Shown here: one piece after another, positions 45,331-55,353 of the stretch
How positions within the stretch are numbered: position 1 is the first letter of the stretch
Layout: each line of letters begins with the position of its first letter
Assembly: GCA_947503925.1 (NCBI GenBank)
Contig: CANNFQ010000018.1
Location: 4,125-68,124 of the forward strand
DNA length: 64,000 bases
Direction: 5' to 3'
From: an uncultured Rhodobacteraceae bacterium
GTDB taxonomy: Bacteria; Pseudomonadota; Alphaproteobacteria; Rhodobacterales; Rhodobacteraceae
Program-made: the position numbers and the translations under genes
Notes under the pieces: model-generated
What the model was told of the DNA's origin: nothing
Databases searched by the model: none
The model's input: the letters and a program-made list of their open reading frames with translations, nothing else

Positions 45331-46506
45331 ATGTCCAGATTGTTGATGATCGCCCCTGCACCCGTCAGACAGATTGGCGATGGCAAGGTCCGCCTTGACG
45401 TCAAATTCGTAGCTGGCATGGCCTTTCAGGCGGCGCAATGGGATGGCCCCGTCACATGCTTGTTGCGTAATACCGATCACGACATTCCCTTTGGTGATGA
45501 TTATGTCATGGCCGATTTACCGTTTGATTTGCAGATTGTGCCGGCAGGCCAGCCGATCACTGTTGATATGCTGCAGGCTGGCGATGTCATCGCCGCATCG
45601 GCCGATATGCATGATGCGTTGCATCTGGGCGATCCTGCCGCCCGTCCGGCAGGCACAAGTATCATCTATGCCATCGAATATGATCTTGAGACCCGCCTGA
45701 CCGTGCTGCGGCTGCAGCGGCACAAGAATATCCTGCGCAAACTCCGATCTGCCCTATGGCTTTACCAGCAGGAACGCCGCCGCAAGGCCGCGTTTCGGGC
45801 CGCAGATGCAATACAGGCCAATGGCTATCCCGCCCAACAGGCCTATGCCCATCTGGCCAAGGATACGCTTTTATATCTTGATGGCCGGATGTCGGGCGAC
45901 ATGATGGCAACCCCGGAACAACAGGCCGCCCGGGCCGCCCATCAGCAAACCGGCAAGCCAGTCAGGCTGGTCCATTCGGGACGCCTGGAGCCGATGAAAG
46001 GTGCGCAGGACCTGATCCCCACCGCGACTGCATTGCACAAGGCCGGGGTGAATTTCACCCTCGATATCTTTGGTGCTGGCAGCCTGTCTGATGATATCAA
46101 GGCCGGTGCCGATGCCGCCGGCCTGCAAGGCCAGATCACATTGCATGGGGCGGTTGCTTTCGAAACTGCACTGGTCCCTTTCATTACGGAGAATGCCGAT
46201 CTTTTCCTGTCCTGCCACAGGCAATCGGACCCGTCCTGCACCTATCTGGAAACCATGGGCTGCGGCGTGCCGACAATTGGCTACAACAACAGGATGTGGG
46301 CTGCCCTGTCAGAGAAATCCAAAGCGGGCTGGGCTGTCCCACTGGGGCAGACCAATGCGCTGGCCAGCGAAATTGCCGCATTGGATCAGGACCGTGACAG
46401 GCTGATCGCGGCATCCGATGCCGCACTGACCTTTGCCCGGGCGCATGATTTTGAAAGCGAGTTCAACAAGCGTATGGCGCATTTTTCACGGTTTGCGGGT
46501 CAGTGA
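45331..46506 (+). CDS. Glycosyltransferase family 4 (paralog of 2910..4112)
   Basis: HSGRLEPMKG, DIFGAG, QSDPSCTYLETMGCGVP. Confidence 0.85.
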   Translation: MSRLLMIAPAPVRQIGDGKVRLDVKFVAGMAFQAAQWDGPVTCLLRNTDHDIPFGDDYVMADLPFDLQIVPAGQPITVDMLQAGDVIAASADMHDALHLGDPAARPAGTSIIYAIEYDLETRLTVLRLQRHKNILRKLRSALWLYQQERRRKAAFRAADAIQANGYPAQQAYAHLAKDTLLYLDGRMSGDMMATPEQQAARAAHQQTGKPVRLVHSGRLEPMKGAQDLIPTATALHKAGVNFTLDIFGAGSLSDDIKAGADAAGLQGQITLHGAVAFETALVPFITENADLFLSCHRQSDPSCTYLETMGCGVPTIGYNNRMWAALSEKSKAGWAVPLGQTNALASEIAALDQDRDRLIAASDAALTFARAHDFESEFNKRMAHFSRFAGQ

Positions 46507-46654
46507 TCGGCAATAGTGGCACCCAAAATCTGAGGCGCGTTTTCCCGCACCGCCTAAAAGACACAGGCGACCAAAACCACAATGATCCCCGGCGTCTCTG
46601 TTTACATTGTGCAGGCGGTTCGCTAACGAGAAGATGTTAAAAAGTGTGAGTGTT

Positions 46655-47383
46655 ATGAAAAAATTTCTTCTTTTGTCTCTTTTGGCCTGTTTTACAGTAT
46701 TTTCGGCCGGTATCGCCTCTGCTGCGACAATCAATATCTACCAATCATCAGGTACCAAGATACGGTCATCGGCCGGTGTCGGCGAAAGCACGGCCACCGA
46801 AGGGCGTCATCTGGCTGGCTCTCTTGTGACGGTGACTTATGCTGATGGCACCACCGAAGATCTGGTCTGGCGCCGCGTTGGTCGCTATTCGCTTGGCGGC
46901 GCCTATGGCAATGACATCACAATTTCGCAAAGCGGTGGCCCGATGGTCATCGATGCCCTGAAAACCGTCAGCGCAATCTATATCGACCTGGCCCCGTCCA
47001 AGACGATTTTCGATATCATCGATACCCGGGGTAATCCCGATCCGACTGCCAGCACACCATCGACAAGCTTTGGCACCCCGTTTTCCATCGAACGTGGCGG
47101 TGAAGGTTTGGTCGGGCAGATTGATGTGACATATTCCGGCATCGTCAATATTGCCGGGCATGCCGCTGTTGGTGATATCTACACCCGTATGTTGGTTGAT
47201 TTTTCCGGTCTGACCAGCGGTGGTTTCCTGGGACGCATGCGCATTGAAGGTGATACGGATTCACTGGCCGATAATGCCGTCATGTCTGTTGTCCCCCTGC
47301 CTGCTGGTCTGCCCCTGCTGATCGCGGGTCTGGCCATGTTCGGGTTCATGCGCACCCGCCGCAAGGCAGCCGCGATTGCCTGA
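46655..47383 (+). CDS. VPLPA-CTERM sorting-domain protein (exosortase D substrate)
   Basis: Signal peptide MKKFLLLSLLACFTVFSAGIASA; C-terminus SVVPLPAGLPLLIAGLAMFGFMRTRRK (VPLPA + TM + basic tail). Confidence 0.95.
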   Translation: MKKFLLLSLLACFTVFSAGIASAATINIYQSSGTKIRSSAGVGESTATEGRHLAGSLVTVTYADGTTEDLVWRRVGRYSLGGAYGNDITISQSGGPMVIDALKTVSAIYIDLAPSKTIFDIIDTRGNPDPTASTPSTSFGTPFSIERGGEGLVGQIDVTYSGIVNIAGHAAVGDIYTRMLVDFSGLTSGGFLGRMRIEGDTDSLADNAVMSVVPLPAGLPLLIAGLAMFGFMRTRRKAAAIA

Positions 47384-47570
47384 TTTTATAGCACATGTGA
47401 TGTGCCATTTTTCATTTCGCCAAACATCATAATTTCTTTGATATAAAACCTTTTTTCTGTCGCAAAATGCGACTAGCCATAACCGGATTTTGTTGCGGCC
47501 ACCTCAAGGCCCATTCTGTCGTTTTAGGATATCGTCGCAACGTATTGCTTATTGATCAAGGATCACGCTC

Positions 47571-49523
47571 ATGTGCGGTATCACAGGATATCTATGGTAC
47601 CCCGGTCATGCACCAGGCGAAGACGCGACGGCGCAGCTAACGGCGATGATGACGGCCATTGGTCATCGTGGCCCGGACAGCCAGGGCCAGTGGCTGGATA
47701 CCGATGCCGGCGTCGCCCTAGGCCATTTGCGTCTGGCGATTGTTGATCTGACCCCTGCGGGTCATCAACCGATGATCTCTGCCTCCGAACGCTATCAGAT
47801 CGTCTATAATGGTGAGATTTATAACCATCAGACCTTACGCGCCGAGATCGAGGCCACTGGCAAAGCCCCAAATTGGCGCGGCCATTCAGACACTGAAACC
47901 CTTTTGGCGGGGGTCGATATCTGGGGGCTGGAAGACACGATTGCCCGTGTGCAGGGCATGTTTGCCATCGCCTTGTGGGACCGTCAGGATCGTACCCTGA
48001 CGCTGCTTCGTGACCGTCTGGGGGAAAAGCCGCTTTATTACGGTTGGCAGGGGCAAGGCCGCGATGCGGTGTTCCTGTTCGGCTCCGAGCTGAAAGCGTT
48101 TCACGTCCATCCCCATTTTACCCCCGAAATCCGCCGCGATGCGCTGGTCCCCATGCTGCGCCATGGCCATGTTCCCGAAGATCTGGTGATCTATGACGGG
48201 CTGATGAAACTGCGCCCCGGTGAGATGGCTGTCGTCTCTCTTGATCAGCCAAACCCGCAGCGCCGGTTCTACTGGGATGGCGGCGCTGTTGCCGCGCAAC
48301 CGCGTGGTCCGGCCCCGGATGATGCAACAGCCATCGCCCAGTTGGATGATCTGCTGCTGGATGCGGTTGGCCAGCAGATGATGTCTGATGTCCCGCTTGG
48401 CGCGTTTTTATCCGGTGGCATCGACAGTTCGGTGATTGTCGGGCTGATGCAGCATCTGTCGGATACGCCTGTGCATACATTTTCCATCGGGTTTCACGAG
48501 GCCCGCTATAACGAGGCGGTTTTTGCCAAGGATGTCGCGGATCATCTGGGCACCCATCACACGGAATTATATCTCGGCGATACCGATCTGCGCGATGTGA
48601 TCCCGGAACTGCCGCAGATCTATGACGAACCTTTTGCCGATAGTTCACAAATCCCGACCTATCTGGTGGCAAAAATGGCCCGCAAACATGTCACTGTGGC
48701 CCTGTCAGGGGATGGCGGGGATGAGCTGTTTTGCGGCTATGACCGGTATCGCCAAGGCGCCAAGCTGATGAAGGCCATGCGCCCGGTCCCGCACCCTTTG
48801 CGCAAACTGGGCGCGGGCGTGCTGCAATCCATCCCGGCCCCGTTCCTGAACCGTGTGATGGAGCCGTTCCGCGCCACCCCGCAGGGCAAGGAACCCAATG
48901 GCCAGCGCCTGCACCGTCTGGCGACCTATGCAGGCAGCCGTGACCTGGAGGCGCTGCATCACACGCTGGTCTCCTGGTGGCGTGACGCGGAAAGTGCTGT
49001 GATCGGTGCGGCCTCTCCGCCCAGCATATTGGCCGATCATCTGCCCCCGCGCGGCGATCTGGGTGATATGGAACGTATGATGCAGCTGGATATGCTGGCC
49101 TATATGCCCGATGACATCCTGTGCAAGGTGGACCGGGCCACGATGGCTGTTGCGCTTGAAAGCCGCGCGCCCTTGCTGGATCATCGTGTTGCAGAGTTTA
49201 TCTGGGGGCTGCCGCCCACATTCAAACATCGCGATGGCAAGTCGAAATGGCTGCTGCGTCAGGTTTTGTATAAATATGTCCCTGCGGAACTGATCGAGCG
49301 CCCCAAGATGGGGTTTGAGGTCCCGATTGGTCTGTGGCTACGCGGCGGGCTACGTGACTGGGCCGAAGAGCTGCTCGCCCCGAATCGTTTGCAAAACGAA
49401 GGTTTTCTGGACCCAAAGATCGTTTCGCGCATGTGGCGCGAACATATCGCCGAAAGCCATAATTGGGGCCAACCTTTGTGGAATATACTGATGTTCCAGG
49501 CTTGGCTGGAGCGTTACAAATGA
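47571..49523 (+). CDS. asnB: Asparagine synthase (glutamine-hydrolysing)-like amidotransferase
   Basis: MCGITG (Ntn Cys), HRGPD, VYNGEIYNH, RDRLGEKPLYY, LSGGIDSS, SGDGGDELF, RPKMGF. Confidence 0.93.
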   Translation: MCGITGYLWYPGHAPGEDATAQLTAMMTAIGHRGPDSQGQWLDTDAGVALGHLRLAIVDLTPAGHQPMISASERYQIVYNGEIYNHQTLRAEIEATGKAPNWRGHSDTETLLAGVDIWGLEDTIARVQGMFAIALWDRQDRTLTLLRDRLGEKPLYYGWQGQGRDAVFLFGSELKAFHVHPHFTPEIRRDALVPMLRHGHVPEDLVIYDGLMKLRPGEMAVVSLDQPNPQRRFYWDGGAVAAQPRGPAPDDATAIAQLDDLLLDAVGQQMMSDVPLGAFLSGGIDSSVIVGLMQHLSDTPVHTFSIGFHEARYNEAVFAKDVADHLGTHHTELYLGDTDLRDVIPELPQIYDEPFADSSQIPTYLVAKMARKHVTVALSGDGGDELFCGYDRYRQGAKLMKAMRPVPHPLRKLGAGVLQSIPAPFLNRVMEPFRATPQGKEPNGQRLHRLATYAGSRDLEALHHTLVSWWRDAESAVIGAASPPSILADHLPPRGDLGDMERMMQLDMLAYMPDDILCKVDRATMAVALESRAPLLDHRVAEFIWGLPPTFKHRDGKSKWLLRQVLYKYVPAELIERPKMGFEVPIGLWLRGGLRDWAEELLAPNRLQNEGFLDPKIVSRMWREHIAESHNWGQPLWNILMFQAWLERYK

Positions 49524-49563
49524 TCCCCTATTTGCCCGGCACGGCTGTTACCGGATAGACATC

Positions 49564-51135
49564 ATGCCCCGTTTTTCTGACCGAAGCTTTTTCATCATGC
49601 TTGTTGCGACGCTTGTCTTTGCGACGCTCTACCGGCTTTACCCGCTTGTTGTGGGGGAACCGGCGCTGGCACAGGCCTTCATGACCGAAGACGGTTATCT
49701 GATGCTGACCATTGCCCGCAACATGGCCATTGGGTTGGGCATGTCGGTGTCTGACGGTACGATTGCCAGCAATGGTGTGCAACCGATGGCAACGTTCCTT
49801 TTTGCCGGTTCTTATCTGGTGACCGGTGGTGACAAGGTTGCGGGGCTCTGGGGTGTGCAGCTGACCGGGGCAATCATCGCTGTGATCGGGATTTTCACGG
49901 TCCGCGCCCTGGCCCGGGTGTTGCTGGCCCCGCAGGATGCTACCCCAATCTGGCCATGGCTGGTGGCCACGATGTGGTTTGTCAGCCCCCTGCTACTGCT
50001 GCATACGATGAACGGGCTGGAAACCGGGCTTTATACCGTGATGGTCACCCTAAGCCTGGTGGTCTTTGCCCGGCTTTTGCACAAGGGGGATACGGCTGGA
50101 CTGGCGGATCGCATGCTGTTGGGGGCCGCTTGCGGGGTTGCCTTTCTGGCCCGCAATGATGCGGTGTTCCTGATCGGGGCGATCGGGCTGGTCTGGCTGT
50201 TTCATACCTTGGTCATCCGCCGCCGCCCGCTGGGTGCCGTGATTGCCGAACTGATCCCCCCTGCCCTGCTTGTGGCGCTGATCGCATCGCCCTGGCTGAT
50301 CAATAACTACGTGAATTTCGGATCCATCGTGCCAGTCAGCGGCACCGCGCAATCGCTGAGCGGCGGTTTGGCCAGGAATGCCGATATCCTGCCCGCTGTC
50401 CTGTTTGAATATGTCTTTCCGATGCTGCCTGTGCCGGTGCGGCTGCAATATGCCCCGGCCTTCATGATCTGCGCCAGTATCGTTATCCTGATCATTCTGG
50501 CTAGTTTTGTCCTGCAGGTCTGGCGCCGTGGCGGCACCGCCCGCCATGTGATGATGGCCTATATGATCTTTGCCCTGCTGATGTGCCTTTATTACGGGTT
50601 CTATTTCGGCGCAGGCTGGTTTTTGAGCCGCTATCTGTCCCCCCTTGCCCCGCTGTTGATCACTGCCACCCTGTCTGTCGCCCTGTCACTGGTGCGCTGG
50701 CTGATCCCGGCCCGGGCCACGGGTGCCATCTATACGCTGGGCCTGTTGAGCGTGGTACTTTGCATTGCCCTGCTCGGCCGCTACCTGCTGCCCGGCACCA
50801 AGGAACAGGGCCATTTTCAGGTAGTGGACTGGGTGACGGAGAACGTGCCCGCTGAAACATGGGTCGGGGCGGTCCAGACCGGCACGCTGGGCTATTGGCA
50901 TGACAGGACCATCAATCTGGATGGCAAGGTCAACCCAGCCGCCTTGCAAGCACAGCTGACCGAAGGCGATGTGCTGAATTATGTGCTGCAAAGCCCGATC
51001 ACCTATCTGGCCGATTGGGAAGGCATTGCCTATTGGGTCACAACGGCCAACCGGGGCAACACGGCATTTAGCGACAGCTTTGCCGTTGTGGTCCATGACG
51101 TGCCCGGCAATCTTGCCGTGCTGAAACGCCAGTGA
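49564..51135 (+). CDS. GT-C membrane glycosyltransferase (AftB/ArnT-like)
   Basis: TEDGYLMLTIARNMAIGLG..NGVQP loop after TM1, NGLET, LARND; about 12 TM segments and a periplasmic C-domain (NLDGKVN). Confidence 0.72.
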   Translation: MPRFSDRSFFIMLVATLVFATLYRLYPLVVGEPALAQAFMTEDGYLMLTIARNMAIGLGMSVSDGTIASNGVQPMATFLFAGSYLVTGGDKVAGLWGVQLTGAIIAVIGIFTVRALARVLLAPQDATPIWPWLVATMWFVSPLLLLHTMNGLETGLYTVMVTLSLVVFARLLHKGDTAGLADRMLLGAACGVAFLARNDAVFLIGAIGLVWLFHTLVIRRRPLGAVIAELIPPALLVALIASPWLINNYVNFGSIVPVSGTAQSLSGGLARNADILPAVLFEYVFPMLPVPVRLQYAPAFMICASIVILIILASFVLQVWRRGGTARHVMMAYMIFALLMCLYYGFYFGAGWFLSRYLSPLAPLLITATLSVALSLVRWLIPARATGAIYTLGLLSVVLCIALLGRYLLPGTKEQGHFQVVDWVTENVPAETWVGAVQTGTLGYWHDRTINLDGKVNPAALQAQLTEGDVLNYVLQSPITYLADWEGIAYWVTTANRGNTAFSDSFAVVVHDVPGNLAVLKRQ

Positions 51136-51151
51136 CGCGGGAAAGGGTCTG

Positions 51152-52042
51152 ATGATGGAACTGAGCGCATCTGACTATGCAGCCGCCCGCGCACATCTGC
51201 TGGGCGAGGATGCAACAGTGCTGATCCGGTTCATGGCCCATCAAAGCGTGGGCAGCAAAGACGCGGAATTTTCCGATACGGTGGCGGAACTGGCGCAAAA
51301 TCTTGGCTGGATTGACCCTGATACCGGCCTGCGCACCACATTGGGTATCCTGATCAGTGATTCCTGCCGCGAATATCTGTTCTGGAAAGAACGCGACCAG
51401 CGCCTGCCTTTTGAAGACGCCCTGCCGCATCTGGTCCGGACCACGTTTCAGGGCAAATATATCGCTGAAATCGGCGCGGGCATGGGGGTGAACCTGATGT
51501 CACTGGCAGGCACCGCAGACCAGCTTTGCGGGGTTGAACCGGTCGTGGCCTATGCCCAGATGGGCCAGATTTTCCGTGACCGCGAAGGTACCACGGATAT
51601 CGATATCAAGACCGGCGGCGCCGAAGATCTGCCCTTTGCCGATCAGGAGCTTGATCTGGTCTTATGCGTATCAGCGCATCAGTATTTCGATATCCACCCT
51701 GCCTTGGCCGAGATCGCCCGCGTGACCAAACCCGGGGGAGAGCTGATCATTATCGGCAATACGCTGGGCCATTACAGCTGGGATTTTGGCAAACAGGTGA
51801 TCCGCAGCCGGGGCCGTGGGCTAAAAAGCTATGTCATGACATTGGTTAATACGCTCAGCTATCAACTGCTGGGGCGGCGGGTGCTGGTCAATCGCAGCGG
51901 GTTTTCAACGGCAAGACCGATCTATCCTGCAGCCGCCGCCATGACCCGCTGGTTACATGCGACAGGCTTTGAAACCCTTGTCGCCCCACAGCGCGCCGAA
52001 AATGAAACCTGTTTTTATGTCCGCCGCAAAGAGGATCACTGA
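51152..52042 (+). CDS. Class I SAM-dependent methyltransferase
   Basis: IAEIGAGMG, GVEP, AEDLPFADQELDLV, EIARVTKPGG. Confidence 0.88.
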   Translation: MMELSASDYAAARAHLLGEDATVLIRFMAHQSVGSKDAEFSDTVAELAQNLGWIDPDTGLRTTLGILISDSCREYLFWKERDQRLPFEDALPHLVRTTFQGKYIAEIGAGMGVNLMSLAGTADQLCGVEPVVAYAQMGQIFRDREGTTDIDIKTGGAEDLPFADQELDLVLCVSAHQYFDIHPALAEIARVTKPGGELIIIGNTLGHYSWDFGKQVIRSRGRGLKSYVMTLVNTLSYQLLGRRVLVNRSGFSTARPIYPAAAAMTRWLHATGFETLVAPQRAENETCFYVRRKEDH

Positions 52043-52172
52043 GATGCCCCGACGCAGGGCACTGCCTTTTGACAACAGTTGCCGCATGCCTGCCCAAAAC
52101 CCATGAGAAAACATGGCGATCACTTCCGCTGACGAGTAAGATGTATTTTGCGTATTTAGGAATTTAGCCACG

Positions 52173-53612
52173 ATGGATATTACCCATTTGAAAGGTCAGC
52201 GCATTCTGGCCGTTGATCTGGATGGAACGCTGCTGCGGTCAGATATGCTGTTTGAAAGCTTCTGGTCGGCCACCAGCCGCGATTGGCGTGTGCCTGTGCA
52301 GGCAGGCCTTGCCCTGTCAAAAGGGCGTGCCGCGCTGAAACGCAGCCTGTCGGCCAAGATGAATGTCGATGTCACCACCCTGCCCTATGATGCACAGGTG
52401 ATCGCCTATATCGAAGCATGGCGCGCGGATGGTGGGGCTGCCATTCTGGTGACCGCATCCGATGACAGCATTGCCCGGGACATCGCCGCCCATCTGGATA
52501 TTTTTGATGCCGTGCAAGGCTCTGACGGGACAAGAAACCTCAAATCGGCCGAAAAAGCCGCCTTTCTGACCGACCATTTCGGCAAAGCCGGCTATGCCTA
52601 TATGGGCGATGCCGAAGCCGACCTGCCGGTCTGGGAAAACGCCCAAAAGGCGGTGACCGTCAATCTTAAGGACCCGTTGCGCCAAACGGTTGATAAGTTG
52701 GGGGTTGAGGTCGAGCATCTGGACACTGCCCGGACCGGGCTGCGCGATTACCTCAAGGCGATCCGGGTGCATCAATGGCTGAAAAACCTGCTGGTATTCC
52801 TGCCGATGTTTGCCGCCCACCAGCTTGACATGGTGACAATCACCCAAAGCCTGCTGGCTTTCGTGATCTTTTCAATGGTGGCATCAAGCATCTATGTGCT
52901 GAATGATCTACTGGATCTGCGCGCAGACCGCGCGCATCCGCGCAAATGCAAACGCCCCTTTGCCGCAGGTACGATCCCGATTGCCCATGCCACCTATATG
53001 ATTGCCGGGTTGATGGGCGCGGGGTTGATCCTGTCGTTGTTCCTGGGCTGGTATTTCCTGCTGGTCATGTTGCTTTATTTTGTTGCGACAACGGCTTATT
53101 CGCTTTGGCTGAAACGCAAGGCAATTGTCGATATTGGCACGCTGGCCGGGCTTTACACGATCCGCATCGTCGCAGGGGCGGTGGCCACCAGCATCCCCCT
53201 GTCGATGTGGCTTTTGGCATTTTCGGTCTTTTTCTTCTTCTCGCTGGCCACGGTGAAGCGGCAGGCAGAGCTGACGGATGGTGCCGCAAGGGGCAAGCTG
53301 AAAGCATCCGGTCGCGGTTATCTGGTGGATGATCTGCCAGTGCTGGTCATGATGGCCGTCGCCTCGGGCTATGTGTCCATTCTGGTGCTGGCGCTTTATA
53401 TCCAGTCGCCTTTCGTCTCAAAACTATATGGCACGCCCAAGGTGCTGGGGGTGATCTGTGGTGTGCTGCTTTACTGGGTATCGCGGGTGATCCTGCTGGC
53501 CCATCGCGGCCAGATGCATGACGATCCGGTTGTGTTTGCCGCAAGGGATCGCACCAGCCAGATTTGCGCGCTGGTGATCATCGCTGTGGCCTTTGGCGGG
53601 GCCTTCCTGTGA
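52173..53612 (+). CDS. HAD phosphatase - UbiA fusion: putative polyprenyl-phosphate phosphoribosyltransferase (DPPR synthase, Rv3806c/NoeC-like)
   Basis: N-terminal LAVDLDGT (HAD); R.HQWLKNLLVF, YVLNDLLD...DRAHPRKCKRPFAAG, KRQAE, DDPV motifs. Confidence 0.88.
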   Translation: MDITHLKGQRILAVDLDGTLLRSDMLFESFWSATSRDWRVPVQAGLALSKGRAALKRSLSAKMNVDVTTLPYDAQVIAYIEAWRADGGAAILVTASDDSIARDIAAHLDIFDAVQGSDGTRNLKSAEKAAFLTDHFGKAGYAYMGDAEADLPVWENAQKAVTVNLKDPLRQTVDKLGVEVEHLDTARTGLRDYLKAIRVHQWLKNLLVFLPMFAAHQLDMVTITQSLLAFVIFSMVASSIYVLNDLLDLRADRAHPRKCKRPFAAGTIPIAHATYMIAGLMGAGLILSLFLGWYFLLVMLLYFVATTAYSLWLKRKAIVDIGTLAGLYTIRIVAGAVATSIPLSMWLLAFSVFFFFSLATVKRQAELTDGAARGKLKASGRGYLVDDLPVLVMMAVASGYVSILVLALYIQSPFVSKLYGTPKVLGVICGVLLYWVSRVILLAHRGQMHDDPVVFAARDRTSQICALVIIAVAFGGAFL

Positions 53613-54031
53613 GCGGGCTGCGCATCGCCATTCTGTATGCGCTATTTGCTGTTGTGGCGACGGTGATCAATCTGGGGATACAGCGGGTTGTGCTGTCGTG
53701 GAATAATGATTTTCTAGGTTTTGCCCTTGCTGTTTTCTGCGGCACGCTGGCCGGGCTGGTGGTGAAATATGTGCTTGATAAGCGCTGGATCTTTGCTGAT
53801 GCCAGTACGGGCATCAAAGCCCATGGGCAGAAATTCACCCTTTATACGATCATGGGCCTTGTCACGACGGCGATCTTCTGGGGCACAGAAACCGCGTTCT
53901 GGCTGATCTGGAAGACGGATATAATGCGCGAGCTGGGTGCCGTGCTGGGCCTGTCTGTCGGCTATGTGGTCAAATATTTCCTCGACCGCCGCTTTGTCTT
54001 TCAACCCCATAAAGAGGCAGCCCTGTCATGA
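53609..54031 (+). CDS. GtrA family small membrane protein (lipid-sugar flippase candidate)
   Basis: 4 TM segments, KYVLDKRWIF / KYFLDRRFVF; GTG overlaps the upstream stop. Confidence 0.88.
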   Translation: MSGLRIAILYALFAVVATVINLGIQRVVLSWNNDFLGFALAVFCGTLAGLVVKYVLDKRWIFADASTGIKAHGQKFTLYTIMGLVTTAIFWGTETAFWLIWKTDIMRELGAVLGLSVGYVVKYFLDRRFVFQPHKEAALS

Positions 54032-55353
54032 CGGATCTGTCCGGTTGGGGTGGCTTTCCCAAACATCCTGCAACGCTCGCCTGCCCGGTCACGCAGGCCG
54101 ATCTGGCCCGCGCCATTGCCGATGGGGCCGTGATTGCCCGGGGCAATGGCCGCGCCTATGGCGACAGTGCCATCGGGCTGCGCAAAACCGTGCAGATGCA
54201 CGGGCTGAACCACATGATCAGCTTTGATCGACAAAACGGGTTTCTGGTGGCCGAGGCCGGTGTGCTGCTGCGCGATGTGATCACCGCGTTTCTGCCCCAT
54301 GGCTGGTTTCCCCCTGTCACCCCGGGCACGAAATTTGTCACTTTAGGCGGGATGATTGCCGCTGATGTGCATGGCAAGAACCACCACAAGGATGGCAGCT
54401 TCCGCAATTTCGTCGATTGGCTGGACGTGATGGATGCAAGCGGTGTGGTGCATCATTGCAGCCGGACCCAGAATGCCCAGCTGTTTGAATGGAGTATTGG
54501 CGGGATGGGGCTGACCGGGGTGATCCTGCGCGCAGGTATCCGGCTGCGCCCGGTGCCATCAGCCTGGATCCGGCAGACATCCCAGGCCTTGCCCAATCTT
54601 GATGCGGTGATTACGGCCTTTGAAGGGGCGGATGCCGCCACCTATTCGGTGGCCTGGATTGACTGTGTCAGCCGGGGTGCATCACTCGGCCGGTCGATCC
54701 TGATGTTGGGCGAACATGCGACCCCGGATGAGCTATCTGATGATGCGGCCCGTTATCCATTTGAAATTCCTGATAAAACGAAACGTACTGTGCCCTTTGC
54801 GATGCCTTTCAGCCTGCTGAACAGCCTGTCGGTCAGAGCGTTTAACGGGCTTTATTACTGGAATGGTCGGCGCAAGGCCGGGGTCAGCTTTGTCGATTAC
54901 GACACGTATTTCTATCCGCTGGATGCCATTCTGGGTTGGAACAAGATCTATGGCAGGCGCGGGTTCATGCAGTTCCAATGTGTCCTGCCGCTTGAGACCG
55001 CGCGCGAAGGATTGCGCGCCTTGCTGAAGACCACATCATTGGCTGGTGCGGGATCATTTCTGGCGGTGCTGAAACGGTTCGGGCCGCAGGACAGTGCCTT
55101 TTCCTTTCCGATGCTGGGCTACACATTGGCGCTGGATTTTCCGGCAACCCCGGGGATGATCGCGCTGATGCGCAAGCTGGACCAGATCACGCTGGATCAT
55201 CAGGGCCGGTTCTATCTGGCCAAGGATAGCCGCATGGCCCCGGACACGCTGCATGCATCGGACCCGCGCACAGCACAGTTCAAACAGATGCGTCAGGAAT
55301 TCGGTGCAACCGATGCTTTTCAATCAAAACAATCCGAAAGGCTCTTTCTATGA
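54028..55353 (+). CDS. dprE1: FAD-linked decaprenylphosphoryl-ribose 2'-oxidase-like protein
   Basis: ARGNGRAYGD, VTPGTKFVTLGGMIAADVHGKNHH, GGMGLTGVI, QFQ, FYLAKDSR. Confidence 0.88.
   Translation: MTDLSGWGGFPKHPATLACPVTQADLARAIADGAVIARGNGRAYGDSAIGLRKTVQMHGLNHMISFDRQNGFLVAEAGVLLRDVITAFLPHGWFPPVTPGTKFVTLGGMIAADVHGKNHHKDGSFRNFVDWLDVMDASGVVHHCSRTQNAQLFEWSIGGMGLTGVILRAGIRLRPVPSAWIRQTSQALPNLDAVITAFEGADAATYSVAWIDCVSRGASLGRSILMLGEHATPDELSDDAARYPFEIPDKTKRTVPFAMPFSLLNSLSVRAFNGLYYWNGRRKAGVSFVDYDTYFYPLDAILGWNKIYGRRGFMQFQCVLPLETAREGLRALLKTTSLAGAGSFLAVLKRFGPQDSAFSFPMLGYTLALDFPATPGMIALMRKLDQITLDHQGRFYLAKDSRMAPDTLHASDPRTAQFKQMRQEFGATDAFQSKQSERLFL

Noticed and set aside
46517-46532. TGGCAC as sigma54 promoter for the VPLPA gene
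   Set aside because: The -12 element reads ATCTG; no TTGC at the required spacing.
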